The notes under the pieces were generated by a model. It was not told where the DNA came from, searched no databases, and worked only from the letters and a program-made list of their open reading frames with translations. From IMG/VR virus record IMGVR_UViG_3300036856_000057, positions 1 through 41,370 of that record: a stretch of 41,370 bases of DNA; one strand, written 5' to 3'. Position numbers and translations under genes: made by a program. The stretch's first letter is position 1, and each line of letters begins with the position of its first letter. This DNA comes from a virus (taxonomy: Duplodnaviria; Caudoviricetes). Below are positions 7,905 to 17,420 of the stretch, piece after piece.

Positions 7905-9466
7905 GGAGCGGGGGCCTGTCGCGGGGCGGGATAATCGGCTGGATTGATGGCGAGTGCATCCACGCCGTAGGGGATCGCGCGCGTGCTGCTCACCGCGGCG
8001 CCGCGCAACACCTTCAGGATCATGGCGCTGGTTTCCGGGTGCGCGAGTGCCAGCGAAACCATGCGCATGGCGGAGGTAGGTCCTGCTACGGCCGCGGCGC
8101 CGGCCGCTACATGCCCGCTGAGTGCTAGCGCACTGCCCGCCACGGCGCCAACTTCAATCAGCAACCGCATCGCGTGCATCATGCCCAGCCCGCCGGTCTG
8201 GTTGCTGGCCATCGGCGCGATCTTGTTAAGCAGCGCGGAGCCTTCGTTGAGTGCGTTCCACTGCTGGCCGAAAATGATCTGGCCGCGCTGCGGTCCCAGC
8301 GTCTTGAGTGCTTTGGCCAGGGCGCGCTGGTCGAGCACTCCGCTCTGCGGGTCGGCGGCCTGGTTGAGCAGGTTTTCGAGCAGATTCCGTTGCACCTGGC
8401 GCCGCGCCGGTTCCGGCACCACCTGGTTAAACTCGCGGAGCTGCGCCAGGGTCATCTTGCGCTGGACCGTGGACACCACATCTTCCGGCGCCGCGGCCAG
8501 GAGTTTTTTCGCCGCTGCCGATTGAGGGGTTGCGGCCGCGCGGCGCGCATCCGCAAGCGCCTGCACAACTTTGGGATTGCCGCCGCCCATATCTTTGTAA
8601 AACTTCACTTTCTTGGCAACCGCTTCGTCGATCTGCTCCGGCGTCATGAACGTTTTGGGGTCGATGCCTAACAGCTTTTTCACTTCGTCATACTTCGCGG
8701 TGATATCGGCGGTGCGGCCGCCTGCTGTCTTCTGCAGGGCTTGGTGTACCGCTTGCCCGGCCTGCTCATCGGCCATGCGCGTGCCGGAGAGCTGCTCCAC
8801 CTGGCGCGTCGTCATGCGCTCCGCGTCGGCAATCTGCGCGTCGCGAAACCCCTCCATCGGGCCGGTCGCGCCGGGCATGTGGCCTAGCAGTTGTTCAATG
8901 CGCCGCAACGTCGAGCTGCCGGCCGCTTCGCCGGGTGTCAAGCGCACGCCTACGCCGGCCTTCGCTGCTTTCACGGTTGGCGCCGCTGCTGCAAAGGGCT
9001 TCAGCACCTTGCCCAGCACGCCGCCGGCCACGCGCGCGCTGCCCTCGGTGACTCCTCCGAGTGCCGCTTGCTCGCCCACTTGCCTGGCCTCGTCTCCAGC
9101 GCTCGGGAGATCCTCGCCGAAAATCGCGTGATTGAGCTGCTCGCGCAGCATTTCGCCGGTCCCGCCGCCGGCCGCAGCTCCAAGCGGTGCAGCCATGAAG
9201 CCGGACTCGGGACTCGCGGCCAGGCCGCCGATGGTCGCGCCGACTGCCGGCAGAAACGGCAACGCGCGATCAATGCCGGTGTACATCGCGCTCTTGATTC
9301 CCTTCCATGTGCTGAGCTTGGGCGCCGCGCTCACTGTGGGAGTCTTGCTATCCTCCGCCGCTTCCTTGCGCAAGCGCGCCACGATGGCCTGTTGCACTTC
9401 CGGCTTGGCCTTGGTGTACGTGTCGCTCTTGAGGAGTGCCGCCGCCTTCTCTCTATCGAATGGCAT
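7901..9466 (-). CDS. Putative internal virion/DNA ejection protein
   Basis: 521 aa, Ala/Gly-rich and helical with GAAAGGG segments; podovirus ejection-protein position. Confidence 0.6.
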   Translation of the reverse strand: MPFDREKAAALLKSDTYTKAKPEVQQAIVARLRKEAAEDSKTPTVSAAPKLSTWKGIKSAMYTGIDRALPFLPAVGATIGGLAASPESGFMAAPLGAAAGGGTGEMLREQLNHAIFGEDLPSAGDEARQVGEQAALGGVTEGSARVAGGVLGKVLKPFAAAAPTVKAAKAGVGVRLTPGEAAGSSTLRRIEQLLGHMPGATGPMEGFRDAQIADAERMTTRQVEQLSGTRMADEQAGQAVHQALQKTAGGRTADITAKYDEVKKLLGIDPKTFMTPEQIDEAVAKKVKFYKDMGGGNPKVVQALADARRAAATPQSAAAKKLLAAAPEDVVSTVQRKMTLAQLREFNQVVPEPARRQVQRNLLENLLNQAADPQSGVLDQRALAKALKTLGPQRGQIIFGQQWNALNEGSALLNKIAPMASNQTGGLGMMHAMRLLIEVGAVAGSALALSGHVAAGAAAVAGPTSAMRMVSLALAHPETSAMILKVLRGAAVSSTRAIPYGVDALAINPADYPAPRQAPAP

Positions 9467-11065
9467 TTAGGGCACCTTCCCGCTTTTGGGGATAACTCCG
9501 GCCTGCTCCAAGATCCGCGTGGCTTCGTCGTCATGGGCTGCTGCTGCCGGCGGTGCCGGCGCCGCCGCGCTCTTGCTTCCGTCGTCCTTGTCCGTGCCGT
9601 CCAGGTCGCGGGCAACCGGCGATTGCGAATCGGGGAGATAGAATCCCAGCTTTTTGATAATCGCTATTTCCTGGCGGAGCTTCTCCAGCTTGTTGCGCGC
9701 GTCGGCCGCGTTCTTGGTGTTGGTGAAGTTGGGCAGCTCGGCCAGGAGCCGGTCTGCGGTCGCGTTGGAGTTGTTCGCGCCGGTGAAACTGCGGATGCCG
9801 GTGATGACGCCGCGCAGCCGGGTAAGCGCGTTGAGATACTCCGCGCCGGCCTGCGGAACCATGCCACGGTGGAGCGCCGCTGTCAGGCCGGCCGCTCCCC
9901 CTTGCGATGGAGGATCAAGCGGCACGGTGGCCATCCACAACCGGGTGGCCGTTGAATCGAACAGCTTCAGAAACTTGTCCTGGCTGAGCGTGGACAGGGA
10001 ATTGTCCACCTGCTCAATCTGCATCTGCTGCGCCGGCGTCAGCGAGCCCTGCCCTTTCCAGCCGTAGACGTTTTTCGCGATGGACTCGACGAGCCCGCGG
10101 TATCGGGCGGGGATCTTGTTCGCGTCGCCGCCATTGATGAGGTTTTCCGCAAGCGCCCGCATCGAGTCGGTGATACCTGCCCGAGGCGGGAGTGCTGCCG
10201 TGCCGTCCGGCGCGAACTGGATGCCTTTGTACGGTCCTATGGAAGTTGCTCCCTGTGTTGCCGGCGGAGATAGGGGATTTGCCGGGTTTCCTGGGGTTGC
10301 GATCGGTCGTGAAACGGGTCCGCCCTGCGGCGCTGGCGCCCCGCCCTGCGACGCGGCCGCCGCGGGTAGCCCTACGGCACCCCGAACGGCTGCCAGGGGC
10401 GTCTGAGGCGCTCCGTAGCGGCCGGTGGCTCCGCCCAGCGGTACGCCGGTGCCGGGCAAAAGCGGCTGGCGCACACTGTGCCGATGCGTCCACAGTCCGG
10501 TGATAGGGTCGCGGCTGTCGGTATCCGTCGCCACGGGCAGCGTCGTGCGGCTCGGCGAGCCCGGCGTCCGCCATAGCTCCTGCCCGCTGTACTTGTCCTT
10601 GACGATGATCCAGGCGCCAGTGGGGCTGTCCGCTCCCGGCTGGTTCACGGTAATGGTGGATTCTTTCCCCTGGTACTTGGCCACCACGGCTTGAGCGGCG
10701 TCCTCTGGACTGGTGCCAATCGCCGTGAGGCCGCGATATGCCTTCTCTTGGTCCGTCTCCGCCGTGCCGCCCGGCAGCTCTTGCTCTGTCACCTTTCCAC
10801 TGAAAGGGTCCTGAAATCGCTGGTATGTCTTGCCTTTCGAGACGTAGGGCGTGCCCAGCGCCACGGGTTGCTTGGCGAGCTGCATGTTTTGCGCGCCTTG
10901 CGCAATTTGCTGCTTAATCCGCTGCTGATTCAGCGTCGTTGTCTGCTGCGCCTGCTGCTCCGCTAGCCGGCGCGCAATCTCCTCATGGGCGAGCTGGTTC
11001 CCCTCGGCCACCTGGTTGCCGGTGTCGCCTATCGCTCCGAGTGCTCCGAAAAGTCCTGCCGCCAT
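9467..11065 (-). CDS. Putative internal virion/DNA ejection protein
   Basis: 532 aa; MAAGLFGALGAIG start, Q-rich helix; synteny. Confidence 0.6.
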   Translation of the reverse strand: MAAGLFGALGAIGDTGNQVAEGNQLAHEEIARRLAEQQAQQTTTLNQQRIKQQIAQGAQNMQLAKQPVALGTPYVSKGKTYQRFQDPFSGKVTEQELPGGTAETDQEKAYRGLTAIGTSPEDAAQAVVAKYQGKESTITVNQPGADSPTGAWIIVKDKYSGQELWRTPGSPSRTTLPVATDTDSRDPITGLWTHRHSVRQPLLPGTGVPLGGATGRYGAPQTPLAAVRGAVGLPAAAASQGGAPAPQGGPVSRPIATPGNPANPLSPPATQGATSIGPYKGIQFAPDGTAALPPRAGITDSMRALAENLINGGDANKIPARYRGLVESIAKNVYGWKGQGSLTPAQQMQIEQVDNSLSTLSQDKFLKLFDSTATRLWMATVPLDPPSQGGAAGLTAALHRGMVPQAGAEYLNALTRLRGVITGIRSFTGANNSNATADRLLAELPNFTNTKNAADARNKLEKLRQEIAIIKKLGFYLPDSQSPVARDLDGTDKDDGSKSAAAPAPPAAAAHDDEATRILEQAGVIPKSGKVP

Positions 11066-11183
11066 GCCGTCCCCTGGAAAAAACTCGAGATTTGCTTCCG
11101 TTTTGCTTCGGGTTTTCCGGGGCTTTCACCCCGGAAGCCCGGTTTGCTCTGGCGATTCTCCGCAACCCCTCCTTTCCCTCGAA

Positions 11184-11759
11184 TTACGCCGCCGCGCTTA
11201 GGTCCACGTCCCCGAGATCCGGCGTTGTCGGCTGATAGCTGCCGGCCATGTTCGTATTCGCGTCCGCGATGGTCTGGTATGGGTTGCCGGTGCTGCCGCC
11301 GCCTTTGAAAAGCGCCATCAGTTGCGACAGGTTCACGCTCGGCAGAGTGGTGGGCCTCGCGGCGCTGGCCGTGCCCAGGGATTGCATCAGGGTGTTGAGC
11401 CCGGTTTGCTGGTTCTGCTGGACATACGGCGCCAGGCCTTGCGTGAGCGCGGCCGTAAGCGCGGACGGAGATCCGCCCAGGCCGCGCTCCGCGAGCTGCG
11501 CCTGTACCTGGTTGGTCACCGCATCGGTCAGCCCGGCGGTAAGCGGCTGGGTGTAGGCGGCACCGGCCTTTTGCATCGCCTGCGGATTCTTCACCAGGTT
11601 TTGAATGTAGCTCTGGGTGCTGTTGTAGCCGGATGCGTTGTTCGCGTTCTGAATCCCGGTATAGAGATTCGCGCCGGCGCCGGCCGTCGTCGCCAACGCA
11701 CTCAGTGGCTTCGCGTAGTTCGTTACGAGAGATCCAATGGTGCTCATTAACTCCGACAT
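11184..11759 (-). CDS. Putative small internal virion/ejection protein
   Basis: 191 aa, A/G/Q/N-rich; GAAGG RBS; synteny. Confidence 0.55.
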   Translation of the reverse strand: MSELMSTIGSLVTNYAKPLSALATTAGAGANLYTGIQNANNASGYNSTQSYIQNLVKNPQAMQKAGAAYTQPLTAGLTDAVTNQVQAQLAERGLGGSPSALTAALTQGLAPYVQQNQQTGLNTLMQSLGTASAARPTTLPSVNLSQLMALFKGGGSTGNPYQTIADANTNMAGSYQPTTPDLGDVDLSAAA

Positions 11760-11761
11760 AG

Positions 11762-12187
11762 TTAGGCCGCCTTCAGGAGATCGCTAAGCTGTTGCAGATT
11801 GTTCGGGTCGCCCTGCGTCCCGCTGTTCGGCGTCGTCGTGCCGCCGGAGATCGGCGCGCTGCTCGATCCGCTGCCGCCCAAATATTGCATGATTGAGTTG
11901 AGATCGGATGGAGCGCCCGCGTTCTTCGCGCTCGTCGACAAAAACGATGTCGGCGTCAAACTTCCGCCGGTCGAGGCCTGCGTGTTCCCCTGCTGCGCGA
12001 TCACCGCCGCCTGCTGCGCTGCCTTCTGCGCCGCCGCCTGGGTGTTGCCCGGCTGTTGCGTCGTCGGGCTGCTGCTGCTCGATCCGCTGCCCTTCACCAG
12101 TTCGTAAGCTGTCGTTCCCAGGCCTGCGCCCGCGCTCGCCGCCGTCAACAGCGGCACCAGCCACGGGACTGCTAAAAGTGCCGGCAT
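11762..12187 (-). CDS. Putative small ejection (pilot-like) protein
   Basis: GGAGA RBS before ATG 12187; hydrophobic N-terminus MPALLAVPWLVPLLTAASAGAGLG followed by a Q/A-rich region. Confidence 0.55.
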   Translation of the reverse strand: MPALLAVPWLVPLLTAASAGAGLGTTAYELVKGSGSSSSSPTTQQPGNTQAAAQKAAQQAAVIAQQGNTQASTGGSLTPTSFLSTSAKNAGAPSDLNSIMQYLGGSGSSSAPISGGTTTPNSGTQGDPNNLQQLSDLLKAA

Positions 12188-12617
12188 AGTTCCATCTCCC
12201 TGCAAACAAGATCGTGCTGCGTTCTTCACTCCGCGCTTCGTCAAAATCTCGCGGCAACAATTTCAGTAGCTTGCGTTCCGCCTCGTTCTGATTCTCCGCA
12301 ACCATCCACACCCCAGCAATTTTTCGCTGGAAGCATACGTGCCGGATAAAGCGCCACAGCGGGCGCACCCACTCCCCGCCGGAGCCAAGCATCCGCATTA
12401 AAAACAGGGTGCCGTGTACCTCGGCTGCCACGATGAGCCCACACGGGCAGCCGTCCTGCTCCGCCACAAACACCGTCTCCGGCGTGAGCTGGGCAACCGG
12501 CCAGCCAATCTCTTCCGTGCTCCAGGGAAGCTGCTCGCCCGCGTGCATGAGCCGGGTGCGCACGCGCCGCCGCTGCTCCACTCGGTTCACCGCGTTTTCG
12601 ATATCTTCCATGCGCAT
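11784..12617 (-). CDS. GNAT-fold-like virion assembly protein (N-terminal ~145 aa) with a tail overlapping the next gene
   Basis: VFVAEQDGCPCGLI ... AENQNEAERKLLKLL pattern; sits after the nozzle gene, as in many podoviruses. Confidence 0.45.
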   Translation of the reverse strand: MRMEDIENAVNRVEQRRRVRTRLMHAGEQLPWSTEEIGWPVAQLTPETVFVAEQDGCPCGLIVAAEVHGTLFLMRMLGSGGEWVRPLWRFIRHVCFQRKIAGVWMVAENQNEAERKLLKLLPRDFDEARSEERSTILFAGRWNYAGTFSSPVAGAAVDGGERGRRPGNDSLRTGEGQRIEQQQPDDATAGQHPGGGAEGSAAGGGDRAAGEHAGLDRRKFDADIVFVDEREERGRSIRSQLNHAIFGRQRIEQRADLRRHDDAEQRDAGRPEQSATA

Positions 12618-12623
12618 GGCTGC

Positions 12624-15389
12624 TCACTTCTGAATGCTGATCGCCGCGCCCGCCGGCTTCGGTTTCACTTGCCAGTCCATGGAGTCAATCGTCACCGGTC
12701 CGGTGCCGGATACGGTGGCATTGGCGTTCATCGCGTCTTTCAGGATGTCCACGCGGAAGATCCATTGATTCCCTCCCAGGTTGTTCTGCTGCGCGGTTGT
12801 CGGTGTCCCGGTGTTGCCGGCGAGCGCGATGGTCACCTGGATGCTCGCGGTGCCGCTTTTCTGGCCGCGAGTGCTCAGCCGGCGATAGAACACCTTGCCG
12901 CTGCCGCCTTCCTCGAAAACTTCCGCGCCTCGCAGACTCCAGATAACCGGGCCGCCGCTGTCCCAGGTTGTGTCTCCGGCAAACATGCGCCGGTACACGG
13001 TGTCTGAAAATCCCGCGGCGATGGTGAGCGGAATGGTGCCAGGCGCGCGAATTTGCTTCACCGCGGAGACGGGGAACGGAAGATCCAGCACCGCCCATGC
13101 GCGCTGTACCAGGTCGTAACAAATCAACCGCTTCAGTGCGCCGTTGCCGATGCTCGGCACGGCTTGCGTCATCGCACTGTAGGGCAGCACTGCGGCGGTG
13201 AAGCTCGGGGCAGAGGTGTACGCATTTTCGCCGCCTGGCGCGAAGCCGATGTAAGCGCGGTAGACCACGTTGGGTTTCGCCGCCGGCGTCGTCACCAGGA
13301 TCGACGCCGTACTCGCGAATACCTGCACTTCCGCCGTGATCGCGGTTTCCTGGAAATTGCCGTTCGCGTCCAGGGTGAGCTGCGTTACCCGCGCGTACAT
13401 CTGCACTTCGCTGCCGCCGTCCGGGCTCTGGATCACCACCCCGCTCAGCGCCGGCGCCTGCACCGGCACCGCACACACGTACATGGGCGGGTTCACGCAC
13501 TGCGCGCCCTTGGAAAACCACGCATAATTCCAGTCAATCGGCTGGATGTCGCCCACGCCGCCGAAGAGATACGGCCGTATCGGCTCGCTCTCCAGCTTGT
13601 CTGCCACGCCGTTGAAATAGGCATAGCCCAGGTGGGTCAACCGCATCAGGCCGAAGCCGGGCACAAATTGAATCGTGCGCGGCGCCACACATCCGAGATC
13701 CGTTTGCGCCTGCTGGATCGCAAAATCAGACGCGCCGAAAACTCCGGTGATCTGGTACGTGGTGAAGTTCTTGAACACCACCATGGAGCCGGTGGGCGAG
13801 ATGCCCGATTCTGCAATCGTGAAGGTGCCCAATCCGGTGATCTGGTCGCCGTCATCCTTCGCGATAAATGCGATGTTGAGCGGGTTAAAGCTGGTGAGCG
13901 TATTTACATCGCTCATCTTGAGGACGTTGGGACCGTCCAGCAAATCTGCTGTCGTTGTCGGCCAGGTGTTCGCGAACCATAGGCTGCCGGCATAGACAAT
14001 CGTGTGCGCAGCTCCGCGGAGCGCGGTGGGGGTGATGCTGGTCTGTACGCACTTCCAGATAACCGTGCTGTCCGCTGTCGTCTGATTCAGGACGTTTACG
14101 AAAGTCGGCCGCGCCGCGCCGGATGTGCCGGTCTGCTGTGCCTGGAAGAGTCCATGGGAAACAGAATCAAGAATGGTGTCGCCCACGTTCCACGCCACGG
14201 AGGCCTGCCAGTCGGGATACTGCGCGGTGAAAGCGTTGGTGACTGTCTCGAAGCCGGTTCCGTCAATCGAGGGGTCGCTGTACTGCTGCGGTGGATAGCC
14301 GTTGCCCAGCGCGAATACCATGCGGCCGGTGAATTGCGCCATCTGCGGCAGCGGGCTGAGCAGTCCCGGCACGCCGCCCTGTGCGGTCGGACCGCCGCCC
14401 ACGTTCGCGCCTGGTGATTCCGGTCCGTAGGCGCCGGGGATACCGCCCAGGGCGGGGATAGGAAACGGCGGCAGATTCGCCAGCGTTTCGACGCCGGCCG
14501 GCGGGTCCAGGCGATAGACAATCGTGCTCTGCGTGGTGTTCGAGCTGGAGCCCGGCGGCGCCGCGCCCGCTTGTCCAACCAGTCCGATATCCACGTAGGA
14601 CGTGTTGGGGATCGCCTGCGTTCCCCCGATACCAGGATTCAGCCGGCCCACGTGTCCCGCCGGCGCCGTCGCATACGCAGAAAAAAGCGCGGCCAATTGG
14701 CCGGCGGTCCAGGTCAAAAGGATGGCATTGTCCGGCGCGGTGAGGGTGACGGTCGCCGGCGCGGAGCCGGGGGACTCGCCGCCGATGCCATCGTTCGAGG
14801 AAACGCTATAGGTGTACGTGCCTGGCGCCAGCGTTGTGCCCAGCGTTCCCGTGCTCGCGGTGCGATCCACACCGCCCTGCGCATACGCGATCTCCGTAGC
14901 GCTCACGATGGTGACGCGATCCAAGGGGATCTGCCCATTCAGGTCCGTGCCCGTTCCCGCTACCACCAGGTTGCCGGCGCTGAAAGGCAAACCATTGTCC
15001 GGCGCGAGCGCAGAGAGATTGTGCGCCGCGGCCGTGGTCAAGATCACCAGGCCGCCGGCGCGCGCGATGCTCGATATAGCGCCGCCTACTTCTATCGCGG
15101 TCAAAGCCAGGCCTTGCGGCGGTGTCACTTGCTCCACGCTCTGCCGCTGGATGCCGATGTAGTACGCGCCCACTCCTGGCGGCTGATAGAGCGCAAAATC
15201 GGCAATCACGCCGGTGCCGATAGCGGTTGCAATCATCGCGGAGCCATCTGTCGTGCGCAGGCCGCCGCGGCGGTCATAGAGCATGTTGCTCAAGCGCGTG
15301 AGGATCGCGCCGGGCTGCGAAAACAGGCTATAGGTCGCCTGTAGCCCTTTCAGGAAATTGCGCTGCGAGATGGTTTTCCATTGCGGCAT
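12624..15389 (-). CDS. Tail nozzle / tail tubular protein B-like, with inserted FN3-like and CBM-like domains
   Basis: 921 aa; N-terminal NFLKGL...LSNMLYDRRGGLRTTDG; propeller-like GDQITGL, DLGCVAPRTI; synteny. Confidence 0.75.
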   Translation of the reverse strand: MPQWKTISQRNFLKGLQATYSLFSQPGAILTRLSNMLYDRRGGLRTTDGSAMIATAIGTGVIADFALYQPPGVGAYYIGIQRQSVEQVTPPQGLALTAIEVGGAISSIARAGGLVILTTAAAHNLSALAPDNGLPFSAGNLVVAGTGTDLNGQIPLDRVTIVSATEIAYAQGGVDRTASTGTLGTTLAPGTYTYSVSSNDGIGGESPGSAPATVTLTAPDNAILLTWTAGQLAALFSAYATAPAGHVGRLNPGIGGTQAIPNTSYVDIGLVGQAGAAPPGSSSNTTQSTIVYRLDPPAGVETLANLPPFPIPALGGIPGAYGPESPGANVGGGPTAQGGVPGLLSPLPQMAQFTGRMVFALGNGYPPQQYSDPSIDGTGFETVTNAFTAQYPDWQASVAWNVGDTILDSVSHGLFQAQQTGTSGAARPTFVNVLNQTTADSTVIWKCVQTSITPTALRGAAHTIVYAGSLWFANTWPTTTADLLDGPNVLKMSDVNTLTSFNPLNIAFIAKDDGDQITGLGTFTIAESGISPTGSMVVFKNFTTYQITGVFGASDFAIQQAQTDLGCVAPRTIQFVPGFGLMRLTHLGYAYFNGVADKLESEPIRPYLFGGVGDIQPIDWNYAWFSKGAQCVNPPMYVCAVPVQAPALSGVVIQSPDGGSEVQMYARVTQLTLDANGNFQETAITAEVQVFASTASILVTTPAAKPNVVYRAYIGFAPGGENAYTSAPSFTAAVLPYSAMTQAVPSIGNGALKRLICYDLVQRAWAVLDLPFPVSAVKQIRAPGTIPLTIAAGFSDTVYRRMFAGDTTWDSGGPVIWSLRGAEVFEEGGSGKVFYRRLSTRGQKSGTASIQVTIALAGNTGTPTTAQQNNLGGNQWIFRVDILKDAMNANATVSGTGPVTIDSMDWQVKPKPAGAAISIQK

Positions 15390-15599
15390 CTACTTTTGGC
15401 GTCCTGCCGCTTTGGTGAAAGCAGCGCGTATCTCGTCAATCGTTCCTTTGTTGATTACCTTTAGCAACTCGTGCTCGTGCGCCATGCACAAAAACGCCCA
15501 CAGGGCTCCGTCCTTGTCTTGGTGCGGCTCGGCCGGCGGCAGCTCGCAGCGCCGGCCCTTTTCAAACCAGGTGCAACGGACTCTTCCGCCAGGTGCCAT
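15390..15599 (-). CDS. Small hypothetical Cys/His protein
   Basis: Fills the gap between adaptor and nozzle genes almost exactly. Confidence 0.5.
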   Translation of the reverse strand: MAPGGRVRCTWFEKGRRCELPPAEPHQDKDGALWAFLCMAHEHELLKVINKGTIDEIRAAFTKAAGRQK

Positions 15600-15600
15600 A

Positions 15601-16875
15601 TCACGGGATGATGAGCCCTCCGAAAGTGCTTGAGAGGCCTGGACGCACATCCACGCCGACATCGGATTGCGGCGTAATCTGCCGATCTCCCACGATGGGC
15701 TTGCGCCGCGAGAGACTCTTCAGGTACGCCTCGAAATCCTTCATCAGCGAATCGGCTTCCTGCTGCTGTTGCTCAATCGTGCGGTAGCGCGAAAGCAGGT
15801 AGATGTGTACCTTGGGCGTCCACTCCAGCGGAATGCGGATGCTGTTCCCCGCCTGGCCTACGCTGTAGAGTTGCGGCGAGCGCAGCCCGGTGAAGTACAC
15901 GTTTAGCTCGGACACGGCCGTGCCGCTCGGCCAGCTCTGCGCATTGGTGCCGCCCAGCCCGCGGATAAGGTTGGCCAGGCCTGGCAGCATCCCGGAGTAG
16001 CTCACGATTTCATAGCTCGGCGGCGTGCCCAGCATGGCCAGGCCCAGCGGCAGCACAAAGCCGCCGTTGCCATTCGTCGCAACGGAGGTATCGCTCGCGC
16101 CCATCGCCGCGCTGGTTGTCGTCGCGCCGGCGGTGCGCTGCGGCTGCGGGTACAGCTCTACCACCAAGTTGTCTGCCACCTGCACGTAGTTCAATTGCGA
16201 CGAAAGGCCATTCAGCACGTTGCGGCGGAACACCCCGGTGGAGCTGCCGGGGTCCATTGGATAGCCGTCGTACCAGCAGTTATCGAGCGAGCGCCACTCG
16301 CCAATCACTTGGTAGTTCTGCTTTTGTACGGTGGTGCCGAAACCGGAGACATCGGGGATGCCGCCGTTGGCCGCGCTCAGGGCGCGGAGCGCGTCTGTCA
16401 GCCAGCGGAAAAGCTGCTGCGCGCCGGCCACGGGTCCGCCCGAGTCGAGCAGAAAGGCGCTGTTGCCCTCCGGCGGTGTCGCCTGGCTCCAGCTTCCCGG
16501 CACGCCGGTGATGATGCCGGTGGCGCCGAATGGGAAAGTGTACTTGGCAAACTCACCGCCGCTCACCATGCCCAGGTAGACATTGAAAGACAGAGTGCTC
16601 GCGGCGAGGCCTGGCGCGTTGTAAGGGCTGTTTGCAGGATTGCAGGAGATGGCGTTGTTCGCGCCGGCGATATTCACTTGCTGTTCGGCGCTTACGCTCG
16701 TCTCGCCCCACAGGGTGGAGTACGTGACCACCAGGAAATAGCTGCCGGCGGGCAACGCGCCGCCGGCGGCCGTGGCCGCGGTCAGCACTACATCCGTATT
16801 TCCCGGCGCGTTGAGCGTTCCCGGAAGGTCTGGAACCGCTTCACGCGCGGAGAGCAATATATCGCCCACCAGCAT
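15601..16875 (-). CDS. Head-tail adaptor / tail tubular protein A-like, with FN3-like insert
   Basis: MLVGDILLSARE start; C-terminal IPLEWTPKVHIYLLSRY helix typical of adaptors; GGGAGGG RBS. Confidence 0.6.
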   Translation of the reverse strand: MLVGDILLSAREAVPDLPGTLNAPGNTDVVLTAATAAGGALPAGSYFLVVTYSTLWGETSVSAEQQVNIAGANNAISCNPANSPYNAPGLAASTLSFNVYLGMVSGGEFAKYTFPFGATGIITGVPGSWSQATPPEGNSAFLLDSGGPVAGAQQLFRWLTDALRALSAANGGIPDVSGFGTTVQKQNYQVIGEWRSLDNCWYDGYPMDPGSSTGVFRRNVLNGLSSQLNYVQVADNLVVELYPQPQRTAGATTTSAAMGASDTSVATNGNGGFVLPLGLAMLGTPPSYEIVSYSGMLPGLANLIRGLGGTNAQSWPSGTAVSELNVYFTGLRSPQLYSVGQAGNSIRIPLEWTPKVHIYLLSRYRTIEQQQQEADSLMKDFEAYLKSLSRRKPIVGDRQITPQSDVGVDVRPGLSSTFGGLIIP

Positions 16876-16917
16876 TGGCGGTCCCTCCCTTTTCAGACGC
16901 CCATCTGCACTCCGGCG

Positions 16918-17319
16918 TTATGGGTTCGCGAAAACCTCGGTGTTGATGGTGGCCACTGTCGTGCCGCCGCCGAGGGTGAATGGAATCGTGATCGACGTGA
17001 GTTGCAGGTCGCTGCAAAAGTCGTAAATCTCGTCGAAGTTCTGGCCGGCGGCCGTGGCCGCGCTCCATGCCGGCTGGAGGCGCACGGTGTTGGTGCCGTC
17101 CGTGCCGGTCACAGCGCCGCGCAGCGCAGTGGTGGCGCCGTTCACTGCGGACGATTTGCTGCGAATCTGGCCTTTGGTCACCGGCGTGACGAACGTGATA
17201 ACGACGTTGCCGGTCGCGGCGAGCGCGGTCACATCGTAGATGTTCGCAATGGGTGCGCCGAGTCCAAGCAACACCGCGGCGCTCGTCAGGAGAAATGGGG
17301 ACGTTGCCTGAGCAGTCAT
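16918..17319 (-). CDS. Putative capsid decoration/minor structural protein
   Basis: 133 aa, T/A/V-rich and beta-like; immediately downstream of the MCP. Confidence 0.5.
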   Translation of the reverse strand: MTAQATSPFLLTSAAVLLGLGAPIANIYDVTALAATGNVVITFVTPVTKGQIRSKSSAVNGATTALRGAVTGTDGTNTVRLQPAWSAATAAGQNFDEIYDFCSDLQLTSITIPFTLGGGTTVATINTEVFANP

Positions 17320-17330
17320 TTGAGCCTTTC

Positions 17331-17374
17331 AAAAAGTGGTGAGAAAGGCGCTGGGCAATTGCCCCTTTCTCACC
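17331..17374 (-). terminator. Rho-independent terminator after the major capsid gene
   Basis: 11-bp stem GGTGAGAAAGG/CCTTTCTCACC followed by a T-run on the minus strand. Confidence 0.65.
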
Positions 17375-17420
17375 GTGTTCGGTTGCGTTACATCCCCCAC
17401 AAGGGAGCGGGTGGAGCTTT

